NCBI GenBank assembly: GCA_051294375.1 | Contig: CM119267.1 | Location: 8,040,683-8,104,682, forward strand | Reading direction: 5' to 3' | Length of the DNA: 64,000 nt | Source: Paraspadella gotoi | Lineage: Eukaryota; Animalia; Chaetognatha | Part shown: positions 43,201 through 56,240 of the stretch, piece after piece | Layout: each line of letters opens with the position of its first letter | How positions within the stretch are numbered: position 1 is the first letter of the stretch | Notes under the pieces: generated by a model | What the model saw: only the letters and a program-made list of their open reading frames with translations | The model's database searches: none | What the model was told of the DNA's origin: nothing | Made by a program: the position numbers and the translations under genes

Positions 43201-45781
43201 AAGAGAATTCATTCTCCTATGTCGTAAAATTCGATATATAAATAAAGACTTTTAAGTTGATCTACTACCGTAAAAAAGAAAATGATCACCTTAGCGGAAA
43301 GAGATGCACAAAAACATGGAAACTATAATGAAATAACCAACCTCAAAGGATAAGATCCTCCCCCTGAAGCTATGCTTAAAAGGCCTGATCGTTACTCAAG
43401 CCTAGTAGGTACACAAAGGCATATTTGGAGAAATTCTAATGCTGGCGAATGCTGAAACCATAATGCAAAACTCCTAGTCCCCTCCAGGAAATGACGAGTG
43501 GGTAAAATTGTGGAAGATAAAATCAGTGAATATTCAAAACATTCTTCAACCGAGGTGAAGGAATATGTTTTGATGACCAGAATTTAATGACTTTATTAAA
43601 ACACATTCAAAGCCACTAATATCATAGAAGTACTGATTAAAATCTTGAAAACAAGATCTGCCCGGACATTGATGGTAATTACTCACAACATGTTAAAAAT
43701 TTTTCCTTCAATACCATTAAAATCCTTTCATCCATATTTGCTCTTGCTTTCAAAGTTTGGCTACTTCCCCGATACTTGAAAATTGTCCAATATCCGCGTC
43801 TTTAATTCCAAGCAGCTGGTAAAGAATTCAACCCAATCCCGAAGATTTACAGACCCAATTAGCCTGCTGTTCTGTTACTTGCTCGCCGTAAGCCTTCGTG
43901 AAAGGACTTATCTTTACCAGTTTAAATTATGATGGCTTAACCAATAGAAACCAAAAGAACGCGAATTACAATCAGTTTTAAAAAAGGACAGATCCGCACC
44001 TGAAAAACATACTTCGCTTCTCGTTGAGATGCCGCATTTTGGTTTTCAAAAAGAGAGGTGGAACAATTCCTTGTTCACGCTATAGACTATAGCCAAAAGC
44101 TGTTTGACAACATTTGGACTACAAGGTTCTCATATGTTACAAATTAATCAATATTAAACTACCACTATGGCATGTTTAAAAATAATTTGCTCATTTGGAC
44201 AAATATAAAAATTTCGTGTTGTTTTCCACCGAGGAGAAAGTTCTGATTTGATACATTCTGTGTGCTCACCACAAGAGCTTCAGTCCTAAGTCCAGACATC
44301 TATTTGCCGTTCTATATAGAGATCCTCTGCCTATTCATAAAACCACTTGCTATACAAATGATTATCATGCTCACCGAACCAACCAACTAAATCAATCGAG
44401 CCTCAAGACACTAAGGCTCATAGATAATCCCTCACAATATGCCCAGTATGACGTCTTTTCTGCTGTCCAGTCAGTCTCACGAAACTTTATAGATGCCAGC
44501 CGGTGTTGCCTAGATCTGCTACAGAGCCAACCCTTCATCGTGCTGGATAAGAAATGGTCGCCCATACACGTGTTATTAAGACTGATATGCCCCAGCTCAA
44601 AACCTAAACGTATCCTGATATTAAAGATGTCCTTCTTTTAAAAAAATATCGATGTTAAAAACTTTTTTATTCGAATGAGAGAATCCCTGTTTGATGACAC
44701 AGTATACTTTCTAGGAACTGTACATTGACCAGAAACTTACATGGACAAGCCCATATTAATGACTTTAATTCTTTTTTAAAGCCAAAGTCTCGAAAATATT
44801 TACGCGCACCCATTAATAGAATTCTCGCTTATATTACAGGAGATAATTTTAAATTAGTTCATCAACTATTTCATCACTAGTAGTTTCATTTTTATATTCA
44901 TCAGCCATGTTTTATTCTGACTGGTTCTTATCACTGGGAAAATGATAAATACAATGACGACAATTAAAGTCCTTTATATTCCTATTCATATAGATGCAAA
45001 TATCTGCCGCTGGGATGCCCAGCAAGCATGATCCCACTTACTGCAATACGTACAAAAACTAATTATCTGTACCACATAAGAAATAAACACGATTTATAAA
45101 AACTAACTCATTTATTCGTAGATTACAGTAACATTCGCGATAATACTTACACTACATGATCACCAATAGAACGCTTTGGGTACTGCGATCGGGTTTCAAC
45201 AAAAATGTCTCTAAATTGTGAGTTAGGAAGAGCCCATGCACCTATTGTTCCACTAGAATATAGAATTGATCAGTTGTTCAGCTACCAGAAAACTCAAAAA
45301 ACTATTAATAGCTTACAAATCATAAGATAAGGTAGCTTTTTTAGGGCTGTCTTAACGAGTACCAAGCCTAAAGCTCGCCCCACTTTGTTTTCAAATTCAA
45401 AATTGCAATTCTATCTCGCTCCCTCCCTTCACCTCCCTCCCCCTCCCTCTCCCACCAAAACGCCATTCAGCTTTGGTTTTTTCTTAGGTTAAGATGAATT
45501 CAGGCGCGAAAAAAAAAGGCGCTTTTCCTTCAAAGTATTTTCTTCGGCGACAGAATAAAGACGTCAACGTCTCCATGAGACGGGAAATTCGTTTCCGGCT
45601 CCTTGCTTTCACCTCCTCTCTCTAGTCTCTCTCTCTCTCGTCTATTTAATACGTCAGTCGGTGTGTTATGCAGATTAGAGGTCGGAAAGAGGTTTTTGCT
45701 CTTCCATAGAGGACAAAGTGAACAAAGAGTTAAAAGAGGAGAAGAGAGAGAGAAAGAGAGAGAGAGAGAGGAGGAGAGAGA

Positions 45782-45828
<47 letters not shown>

Positions 45829-46860
45829 AAGAAGAGAGGAGAGGAGAGAAAATAAAGGGAACAGGAAAATGCTAGAAAAATCAGCAAAAGTAAACGAAGA
45901 ATTTGACATTCGCTCTCATAATAGAGGGCTAAAAGCGATGAAAAAGCACGTGGATTTGTGGAATGCAGCGAAATGAGCCAAATTAGGCGTCGTCGTCGTC
46001 CTCGTCGTCGTCAGTCGTCGCTCGCTCGCGTCGTCGTCCTTATTTCGAACCTCTACCAGTTCCTTATTTCCCGCATGAAAAATCTAATCTCGTTCCACGT
46101 TTTCCCTCTTTTTCATTTAAACGTCGGATTTGGCCGCGAGCCGAGAGGAGAGACGATGGAAAGACCGGAAAGGCCGAAGAAACCCTCGGTCGTCGGCGGC
46201 GGGCGGGCCGGCGGCGGCCGCGCGGCCGGCGGCGGTGGGGCGCGTGGCGGCGGCGGCCCGGAGGCGGCGAGCGTTAGCGGCGGCGGAGGCGGAGGCCGGT
46301 GACGGCGCGCTGGGAGTGGGGCAGAGTGTCTTGTCGGGGGCAGATTGTCGTGCTAGAACTGACCAGAAGCGCGCACTGTGCCGTCGGACTGCGCAGGCGA
46401 GGCAAGGGCTTGTTCAGTGTTAGCCTGACGCGCAACGGCGCCGACAAAGGTGCCAAGTTAAAGCCGGCAACGCGGCCGGCGGCCAGTCACTGCCAACAGC
46501 TGCTCCATCGTTAAAGTTGACCGAAGAATTGATGAAGATCGAGGGAAGATAAATGAAAGATAAAGAAAATTGATAATTATAAAGTGATGTCTCGCAATCA
46601 TTAAATTAACATGTTCACCTTGTATCTCCACCGACACGTTTCTGTCTTTCCTTCTTTCCTTTTCTTTCATTCTTTCTTTTTTTTCTTTCTTTTTTCTTTC
46701 TTCTTCTTCTTTCTTTCTTTCTTCTTCTTTTCTTTCTTTTCTTCTTTTCTTTCTTCTCTTCTTTCTTTCTCCTTTTATAACTTTCTTTCGTTGATTTATT
46801 TTTTTCTCTCTCTCTCTCTCTTCTCTTCTCTCCTCTCCTCTCTCTCTTCTCTCTCTCTCT
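38585..46860. repeat. ~1.4-kb inverted repeat pair (38585-40031 and 45422-46860) flanking the LINE
   Basis: For example, GACGTCTTTATTCTGTCGCCGAAGAAAATACTTTG (~39905) is the reverse complement of CAAAGTATTTTCTTCGGCGACAGAATAAAGACGTC (~45531). The (GCC)n block at ~39180 mirrors the (GGC)n block at ~46200. Confidence 0.9.
40260..45330 (+). mobile_element. Non-LTR retrotransposon (LINE, Jockey/I/CR1-like), apparently near full length and heavily frameshifted
   Basis: ORF1 has CCHC knuckle remnants at 41390-41560 (CQKYGH..C, C..C..EHSHKDC, C.NC..PHAANSKSCP). APE endonuclease remnants lie at 42430-42860 (LYNHP, PTY, DHLP). RT remnants: YRPISLL (~43848), D..KAFD.IW (~44085-44118), PQ.SVLSP (~44268), YFLG..IDQKLTW (~44704). 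Ends are approximate. Confidence 0.85.
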
Positions 46861-47235
46861 TCTTGAGGACAGCCGTAAACCGCCTTGGGGGCGTGGAAAA
46901 CCCTAAAGCCTGCTTCCAAGCCCAGGACCCGTTCCATAGCCGCGAGAGGGGTTAAAGAAGTTCAGCGCACTTAGCGCCTTGTCCACATTTAGTAAGTTAA
47001 AAATTGCACGAAAATGCCTACCATAAAGTATTAAAATTAAAACACTCGTACATGGAAATATCACCTTAAATGCATGTAACAACATTTCCAAAAAGCATTT
47101 TCTTCGTTGCCCCTCTCCACCCTTCCCTCTTCTCTCTTTCACTCTTTCCCCCCCTCCTCCCTATTTACTCAGCGGTGGCGTCAAATTCCCGGATCAAAGA
47201 AGGATCAAGAAAGTGGGCAAAAAATTAATGGAACT

Positions 47236-47274
47236 GGACCGGCGTGGACCGGCGTGGACCGGCGTGGACCGGCG
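47236..47274. repeat. 10-bp minisatellite (GGACCGGCGT)n running into a gap
   Basis: About four tandem copies directly before the N run. Confidence 0.85.
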
Positions 47275-50200
47275 NNNNNNNNNNNNNNNNNNNNNNNNNN
47301 NNNNNNNNNNNNNNNNNNNNNNNNNNNNNNNNNNNNNNNNNNNNNNNNNNNNNNNNNNNNNNNNNNNNNNNNNNNNNNNNNNNNNNNNNNNNNNNNNNNN
47401 NNNNNNNNNNNNNNNNNNNNNNNNNNNNNNNNNNNNNNNNNNNNNNNNNNNNNNNNNNNNNNNNNNNNNNNNNNNNNNNNNNNNNNNTCGCTTCGTGGCC
47501 CCCATTACCACGCGGGTTCCTTTGGGGGCGCGCCGCTGTCTGAGAGGTTTTAGATGCCGACGTGGAGGAAAAAATCGAAGAAGATATAAACACGTAAAAA
47601 AGATCCACGATTTCAACACATCGCACACTTTCATACCAATAAACTTTTCTCACGTTCTTCTCGGAATAAAAAAAAGACTCGCACTCCTTTTTAATGGCGA
47701 CTCAAGCGACGCTGAAGAAATTTGAGCGCAGAAACGGTGGCAGAATAGACTTTCTGAAGAAATCAATAATTAGCGAGTGGAGGACGAGTCTTCGACGACA
47801 AATCGCCGTAGTGAAACTAGGTCGTTTCGCCCCCCCCTCTCTCTCTCTCTCTGATCGCAGAGATCCGATGGAACTTTTCCTCTCTTTTTTAAAGCCGAAG
47901 TCTAGGCGGATAAGATGCAATATATACAAAACTTTAAACCTTTTCTTGTTCATGATATAGTTATAGTTAGTTCCGTTTATATAACTGTTAATCGTACATT
48001 ATATAAAACGACTTAATCAATTATGTTGGACATAAACTTTTGCCAAATGTTGAAATCACGAACGAAGTAAGTTTGTTTCCATTCCAAACATTTGTCAAAA
48101 GTTTATGTCCAATACGCCATAAAAGTCACATAAGTAATGCTGCTATTCCTACGCCAGTTGATTGTCGGCACAATTTCCAAATTCGTTATTCCTTTTTTCA
48201 TCAATTGTTGGTAGTCATTCTTCTCTCCCCCAGATTCTCACCTTTAGCCCTCATTGCCAGTCTGCCAGTCCTCAACACTAGTTCCATATTCGTCTCAAAC
48301 GCCATTAAAGCCGCGCCGTCAACCGCGTATGGCGCGGAGCATTCAAACCCTCGTTCCCCTTTCGCTTTTCGAAAACAATCACTGCCAGTCCTCAACGACC
48401 CTTGGCGCTTTTTCATTCCCCGCCCGACGTCGCCGCTCATTGCGGATTCGCCGCTGACGCGCAGCCGATCCGCGGGGAATCCGCAGCGAAGCCGCTTCGA
48501 ATGAGCAGCCGATCCGCAGCCACGCTCCATCATCTCGTTAGCGAGGCAGGTTTTTTCCTTCTTTCCAAAACCCTCCCCTCGTCGAACTCCTGTATCCCAC
48601 CTTCCATATCCAAACCCCCTGTTTCTAATCGCCCGCCTTTTAACTAACCCCACCAAACTACCATCTCTTAAATTCATCTCCAACTCACTCTCTGTTAACT
48701 CACCTTTTCCAACTCTCTCAAACCCCCTTTCTTTTACCAACCTCTCTAAACGAATGTATCCAGCCGCCAAAGGGCTCTTATAAACCACCTTAGCTTAACT
48801 CCACCTTTCTGACAACTATCTCCAAAACCCCTCTTTCTTTAAACTCCCCCCCCCACTCTCCCCCCAACGCCCCTAGTGAAGTTTTATTGGGTCTCATTTA
48901 ACCATCGCCCCCTCCTCCTTTCCGGTCGACTCTCTTCCCACTTTTTTTTATTTTTTAACTTTCGTCATAAAACTTTTTTTTTCCTTTTCCTCATTTTTTT
49001 TTCTCAGAAAATTGAATATTGAAACGTATGGCTGATTGAGGGTTCAATCGGGGAGTGAAAATGGGGGGTTTCATAAGGGGCGGGAGGAACGGTTGTTGCA
49101 TTTGCTGAACGGGAAAAGAAAGAAAGAAAGCAGACAAAAGGGGAAGATTTATAGAAGAAGAAAAAAGATGAAATATAAAAAGATATGAAGAAATAAAGAG
49201 AAATAAGACCATGAAAGAGAGAGAGGAGAGCAGAGAGAGAGAGACGGAGAGAGAGAAGAAATGAACGAGAAGAGAGAGAGAGAGAGAGAGAGATAAAGCA
49301 GCAGGGTGAAAGTGGTCGACGATGAACATAAGACCCTCAAAAATTGGTTTCCATCTGGAGGATTATTTTTCTCTTCATCAACTAGAATCGCGTCGCCCGT
49401 CCTCAAATTCAAGAAGGAAAAATGCAGGGGCCCCTATTGCAGATTGCAATGGGGACGACGCTTAACTTGTTAGAAAGCAATATATATAAAAAAGAAGAAA
49501 ATCAAATATTCAAGATCAAACGATAAATAAAAAAATAAGTTTTATAATTATTATGTCAATTTTATTTATTTTTTTTGTGGGACAGCGAGATGATGTTTGG
49601 TGAAGTGAGTCAATCATTGATGTTGAGGAGTTCGATGGAAAATGAGTCACAGTCTGAAGAAGAATCTTTTGTGTTCACGTGAAGCGTGAAACAAATTACT
49701 TTTCGAACGAGGGTTTCTTTCTTTTTATAAAGTAAAGGTTTCAAAAAACGATAAAGAAAAGGTATGAAAGGAAAGAAAGGAAGATTAGAAGAAATAAATA
49801 ACGAATTTAAAAAATGAATAAACGTACGTATTTATAATAAAAGTATATAAAAAATTTAGATTTTTCCTAAGAAATCTTTTCCGAAAAACAAACTAACAAT
49901 TATCAATTATTTCATCGTAACAGTAATCCTTTAGCAGACAATGAAGGTCGACGTGAGTCCCAGACCAGCATGCCGTCTGCCGTATGGCCCAAAGCGTTTT
50001 TATCAAGTATCCGGGCCATCTGGGGCAAACGGAGGCGAAATTGGGCGAACTCGAACACGATAGAGAAAGAAGGTCAGACCCAAGCCTTTACAATTTTATA
50101 AGTAGAATAAATATTTATTTGGAAAGATAACCGAGTAACTGATTTAAAATACCACAATTAAAAAAAATTTTAAAAATTTACTTATTAAAATTTCATATAA

Positions 50201-50805
50201 TTATTTCTTAAATATTGTATAAAAAGTAAGTATATTTTCTCTCACAAAGTCTTTTTTCTTTTAATTCTCAACGTTTTTTCTTTTTTCTTCTTCTAAGGAA
50301 CACTGATAACATATGAGTCATTATGTCTTCGTGGGACGACAATAAATTCTTCCTCTTTTTTCTTCCTTTTACAGCGAAATGGAGGGAAAGAACTATAGAG
50401 AGATCGAGTAAAGAATTTAAGGAAAATAGGAAGGAAAAAAGAAAAAATATAAAGAAATAAAGGAAGAAAATTATAAATAAATTGATAACTTTTAAATAAA
50501 GAAAGAAAAAAGAACAAAAGAAATAAAGAAAGCGAAAAAGAAGGAAAGAATAAGACAACTGTTGACGCGTAGATCGAATTTAATTTTAATTTAAATTATA
50601 TATATGGACTAATTTTTTTTCTGCGACCCCAACAATGGATATTAGATAACAACGATTAAACATGAAATAAGATTAAGATATATTGTAACTGAACCGAAAA
50701 AGAAACGAAAATAAAAGTCGAGAATCGAAGAGAAAAAAAGTCGGAGGACAATAACGAAATTTGGAGGAGAATCACGTGACTCGTGACCGCGAAAGATCGA
50801 CTGGG

Positions 50806-50841
<36 letters not shown>

Positions 50842-50872
50842 AAGAGAGAGAGAAGAGAGAGAGAGAGTAAGA

Positions 50873-50909
<37 letters not shown>

Positions 50910-50952
50910 GAGAAAGGGAGAGAGAAGAAGAAGGAGAGAGAGAAGAGAAGAA

Positions 50953-50983
<31 letters not shown>

Positions 50984-51664
50984 GAGAGAGAGAGAGAGAG
51001 AGAGAGGTCATTGAAGGTGGCATCGAAGAGAGGTCGAAGGGGGTCGAAAAGAGGGGTCGTAGAGAGAGGTCAGAGAACGGGTCGGAATAAGGTCAAACAG
51101 GTTGGTGACAGAAAAGAGGGTTGAGGACGAGGCAGAAAAAAAAATTGAGAAGGCAATCAATCTAAGTCAAAGTGGGAACTGGGATGTGGGTAAGGCGAGA
51201 GAAGGAAGTGGGAACTGGGATGTGGGTAAGGCGAGAGAAGAAGAGAGGAATGAATGGAACGAGGGACGGACACGATGGATAAAGAAGGAAATTTAGACAT
51301 GAATATAATGTCAGGAAACTCTTTAATAAATTAAATTAAAAAAGATTAAAAAGATAACAGATAACAAAATATAATTAAAAAAGATTAAAAGATAACAGGA
51401 GCCAGGTGTCATTTGCCGTCATTCGAAAGTTCCAAAGCTTAAAAACGTTGGTACCCAAACAAAAAGACATCAAGAGAAAAAAGAATAGAGAGAGAGAGAG
51501 AGAGCGAGGGGTTAATAGCAAGAGTTGAAGAAAGAGAAGAGAAAAATAAAAGAAGGAGACAACAAAGGGAAGAGAGTCAAGGTGACAAGTGAGACAGAGA
51601 GAGGGGTTGCATTGGGCAGCAATTACAAATCCTAAAAAGGGCAATCGAAGCAGCTTATCCTCCC

Positions 51665-52028
51665 TGTTAGTAATATTTTTAATTAGCCTCCAATTTAGTA
51701 ATTAACTTTCGTTCAAATTTTGTCTCTCTAAATTTTCTCAGTTCCAAAGTTTAATATTTCATAGATTCCAGAACTCAGCGCCTATTTTGTAAACATTTTG
51801 TCTAAGTAGAATAAACAAGAAGAGAGACGAGAGGAGGCTCGAGATTTAGTGTATTCCATTTTTTAGATCTCAAGGATTAAGACGCAATATTTTTATCACT
51901 GTTTAATTTTCTAATACAACTTTGGCAATCTACAATTATTTCAGGTAACTTTAAAAATCTTAGACAGACTATGCATAGTTCAGCTCTCTATCCGTCATCT
52001 TTTGAGGCCACAGACACGTTACCCAACA
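51665..52028 (+). repeat. 5' LTR
   Basis: TG...CA ends with a short imperfect terminal inverted repeat; AATAAA at ~51810. Confidence 0.9.
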
Positions 52029-52040
52029 TGGTGGCCAGCG
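52029..52040 (+). promoter_or_regulatory. Primer-binding site, tRNA-Leu-like
   Basis: TGGTGGCCAGCG directly after the LTR closely resembles TGGTGGCAGCGG, the complement of the eukaryotic tRNA-Leu(AAG) 3' end (recalled, not searched). Confidence 0.7.
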
Positions 52041-54660
52041 TTGTTCGCTTAACGGACAGCCTCAAGTTTATCTGTTGCGGTACGGATATTTGTTTTTTCC
52101 GATTGAATAAGGGCGGTTTAACATTAAGATTTTTTTTTCTTTTCCCAATGAACGAAATGCATTGTTAAAGGTGAAGAAATTTTTTCTTAAAACTTTAGTA
52201 TATTTTCTGTTTTGTTTTAGCCTCTCTGGACATTAGAATTGATTTATGATTTGGAAAAAGAACAATTTTTTGGATATTTCTTAAGCTCGAAAACCAAACA
52301 TTAACCTAAAGCAAAATAAATAGAATCACGACTTTCTTTTACGTCAGTTGATACGAGGTCACTAGGGTAGGAACCCGAATATTTTTATTTTCAGTCTCGA
52401 TCGACGTCCCAGTCATCCGGAAACGAACGATTTTTCGAGTTTTCTTTCCTTTACATTTCTCACGCACAGAGCATCTCTCCGACTTGTAAAAGAATGTTTT
52501 CTCGACTTTCGACGATTCAACGAATTTTTTAATGGATAACTAAAAGTTTCGGATTTCTTACTGGACATAAAAGATTAATTTAGTGTAAACGATGTTGATC
52601 TATGTTTAACTATTTCTGACGTTTTGGGTTTAATTATTTATTTTTGCTCGGTTTCCTATTTAGATTGTTTTCGACATGAAATTTCTTTTCGTGTTATCTT
52701 TGCACGGTTGAAACGACAATGTATTTTGTGTAACAAATAATGCACGGTATGTAGATAGTATTTTGAAATTGTAGTCAATAATATAAACAAGTTATGGAAC
52801 GGGAATTTTCCTTCCTTTGGGCGGAGGTGAAAGCGTACCTAAAAAACGAAAAAATTATCTGAGTAAACAAATTTATACTACTTTTACCAGGATTTACAAG
52901 GAAACCAGAACCGGACCGTTAAGATCTCGAATTTCGATTACGGATTCACGATGGATTGCTCTAAGAGCTACAACCGATCATTTCATTGTCCTCACATGTT
53001 GAATTGAATCAATGGCCGACGCAAGCGAGCGAACCCGCCGATCGACGAAGGGGCGACTCAGCTCGCGAACTCATTGAAAAATTTTAGAGATTGCTCGCGG
53101 GAGATACGACATTTTGGGCGCTTCCGGCCGCTTCCCAGCGTGACGACATCGCGAACTGTTTAATCCGCAAATAAGGCATTATCCGCTTCCGCCGCCGTAA
53201 TTCAAACGATGGAGAGCCGAATGTGCTGCCGTCCTGCGTTTCTGCTTTCTCCGTTCGCAGCCTTCTGACCAACGAATGTTCCCTCACTGCCGCAGTAACC
53301 ATTATCCACAGCCGCCTTTGCCGCCGCTGTATTTCTCGGACAAATGCGTTAGGAGTTCGTTTCCATGTTTAATCCTGCGAATACCCAGAACGACAACGAC
53401 ACGATCATCAGCAAATGGGGCGTTGTGGGGCGTGGCCGACGCCGTACAAAAACATTTTCATTGAAAGGAGTTTTCAACGTCTTGGGGCTTATCGAATGCT
53501 TCTGCCATGCCAGCCGCCGCCGCGCCAGGATTTGCTTCTCCTGTTCGTAGACTCTGCCGCATTGAGATCTCCGCGCCCGGGTTCGCATAGGCACCACTTG
53601 CTTTTTAAATTTTTATTTATTTATTAATTAGAGCGAATGGTGACGCTGCTGATTGAATTAAAATACATTTAATAATTAAATAATCGTACGAGAGTGAATC
53701 GCATCGATTGAAAGTGAGAGTTTCCTTTTTACTCCCGAGGGAAGCGGGGTATGTAGGAATATCAAGTAAATTGTTCCAGTAAAAAGGAAACTAAATTATA
53801 CCGAACGGCGAAAAAAAAAAAAAAAAAAAAAAAAATAAAAAAAAAAAAAAAAGGGATTGGCAAGGAATGTATGCTGGGAATTATTTTTTCTGACATCACA
53901 TGCAATGACTTGTCCATTGAAGAAGATGCCTGTAGGCTAACAGCAACCGACTATGAAAACTACAACTTTTCGAACACTGAAATTAACAAACTGAAAGACT
54001 TAGACAGCAAAACAAAACAAAAGGGGCCTGATAGAAAGTTTTAGGAAAGTGAGCGTTAAAGGTCCAAACTTTGATCAAGAAAAGCAGAAAATTCTTGTTT
54101 GAAATGCTTGAGTGAGAGAGCGACACCAAAGAAAGTGAATTTCCGGGTTGATTTGTTTGAGATTGAATACTGGAAGAAAGAAAAAAATGATAGAAACACT
54201 GATGCCGAGAAATGAATGTTTGAGATCTAAATTAAACATTTAGAAATTAGCGACGTCAAAGAATTTAATGGAAATTGATATGAGGTGTCGTGTGTCTTCG
54301 CAAATTTAATGAGTTGTTAGATAAATATTTGCATATGTAATGGTAAATGAATGTCCGAATTTTATTAGGTAAGGCATTCAATGACAGTATGATATCAAAA
54401 ACATATATAAAAAAAATAAAAGGGTGAAAGGGTTACCTTATTCCGCTTCTCAAGAGAAGCTAAATATAGTAGCTGGACAGACCGACCGAAAACCGGAAAT
54501 ATAAATTTCTGTTAAAACTCTGTTTTTTGTCGATTTTAGAGTTGTCTTTTATTGGCTTAGATATAGATATAACATTATTGTTCGTTTCATACCATCGACT
54601 TTAAATGCCGCCCAATCAATTATCGAGAAGTTTTGGAACCGGCGACGAAAATTCAAAAAA

Positions 54661-56240
54661 ATGTCAGAGGCCTAAAAATATTTCGCGAATATTTATTAAA
54701 ATTCCACAGGGCTGAGGTTTATCCCTAACAAAACCTTCTCTGAGGAGAAACAAAATGAAATGAATTTATTTTTGAAAGGGGAAAAGAGGGCCCTTGGTAA
54801 AAATATCTAAAATATCTAAAAATAAATTCAGCTGACTCAGAAATCTTCCTTAGAATTCTTTTTGGGCCTGGATCTGAAGTGGAATCCGCTGCACCTCAGG
54901 GCGTTGAAACTTCAAGACATCAAACAAATCCGCTTGCAGGATGGCAGTTGTACAAGGTAAAGGTTTGTGATGGGTTTCCAAAGGTAAAAGGTTTGCGCAC
55001 GAGGTTTCAAAGGTAAAGGTTTGCGAGAGGTTTCCAAAGCGTTAAAAGGTTGTTGCGCAGAGGTTTTCAAGGTTAAAGCGTCTGCGAGAGGTGTAAATGT
55101 AAAGGACTAAATGGAAGCAACGGAGCATTCTCCTGCTGCTGTAAATACTATATCAATTAAAAACGATACAAAGAAAAGTGTCGATAAAACGTCACTTCGA
55201 CACGATATTTATTTAACAAAAGAAAAGTGTACGAATAAACGTCACTTCGGACTGCATGATTTATTAGCAAAACAAACCGAAACTCGAGATTGAGAAGTCG
55301 AGTTCAAGAATGTATGAATTGCCAAACGCTTTCACAATTAGAGAAGCGTCAAAGAATTCTAAAATTACAAAACGCACTCGACCGAAATACAAAGATGGAA
55401 ATCGTGATCATAAATAACGATACTCGGCTCCGAAAAGCGACGCTTTACAATTAGAGTCCACATGACTAACGAATATTACGACACATTCGCGCTTTCAAAA
55501 TAAATAGTCAGGCAAATTATTTTAGGTTATTTGTAAAGCGAAAATTGGAAAGGTCGATTAAATTAATATTAGTCGATACTAAACAATTGATCGAAAATGG
55601 CGAGAAAGTACACCACGATACGGACATTGTAATTACCAATACTGTTTTAAAATAATGTCGACAACGCTACTATACACCTGGGAATGAGACGGACGAATCA
55701 CTGCACGCATTCGAATGTCATGTTTGTGGAGGTTATAACAAAAACCGGACAGTGAAAGAGAAACCATCGATAAAAATGCCGTTCGCCGCCGAAGACAAAT
55801 ACTTTCCTGCCGATCTGTTGGGCCCGATTAGCAAACTCGATCGATGCGTAAATGTGTAACTCAACGAAAAGTTGGATCGAACTATTTTCGAACATTGGAG
55901 TACAAGTACAACAAAGTACGTACGTCAGTAGACTCAAACAGTACTCGAAGCGATTAAATAAAAATCTTCTGCATTCGGAATTTAGAACATGGTTAGATAA
56001 AGAACCGAACTTACGAAAATGGGTCGACATTTGAAGAAGTCGAACTCTCCATTAACATGAGTCCCTGCGTCTCGTTAGCTGGCGAAGGAGTTAGTGTTAG
56101 ACAATAATGTACGATGCCGCGACCGGAACTCAACCTGGAATACTCAAGGAACGCAAGTTTAGCGGAACTCGATCGACCGACTGCTGTTCTGCATACTGAC
56201 AGCCAATTCAAGAACGACCGTTTTAGTAAGGAAATGTGGG
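54661..56240 (+). pseudogene. Frameshifted long ORF of unknown function inside the LTR element, with internal 27-nt repeats
   Basis: Removing single-base indels by eye gives MSEAKIFREYLLKFHRAEVYPNKTFSEEKQNEMNLFLKG...LKWNPLHLRALKLQDIKQIRLQDG-(KGKGLREVS)n-MEATEHSPAAV... Coding-like composition continues to ~56240. Confidence 0.45.
54953..55106 (+). repeat. ~27-nt tandem repeat, 5-6 copies (AAAGGTAAAGGTTTGCGAGAGGTTTCC)
   Basis: Directly visible; the consensus length is a multiple of 3. Confidence 0.85.

Noticed and set aside
51170-51240. ~36-bp tandem repeat AAGTGGGAACTGGGATGTGGGTAAGGCGAGAGAAG x2
   Set aside because: It is a simple local duplication; G-quadruplex potential alone is unremarkable.
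54953-55106. CRISPR-like array
   Set aside because: The repeats are contiguous with no unique spacers, the context is eukaryotic and there are no cas genes.
55415-55440. Retroviral protease DTGS motif
   Set aside because: It appears only after invoking an indel and lacks the hydrophobic context, so it is too weak to call.
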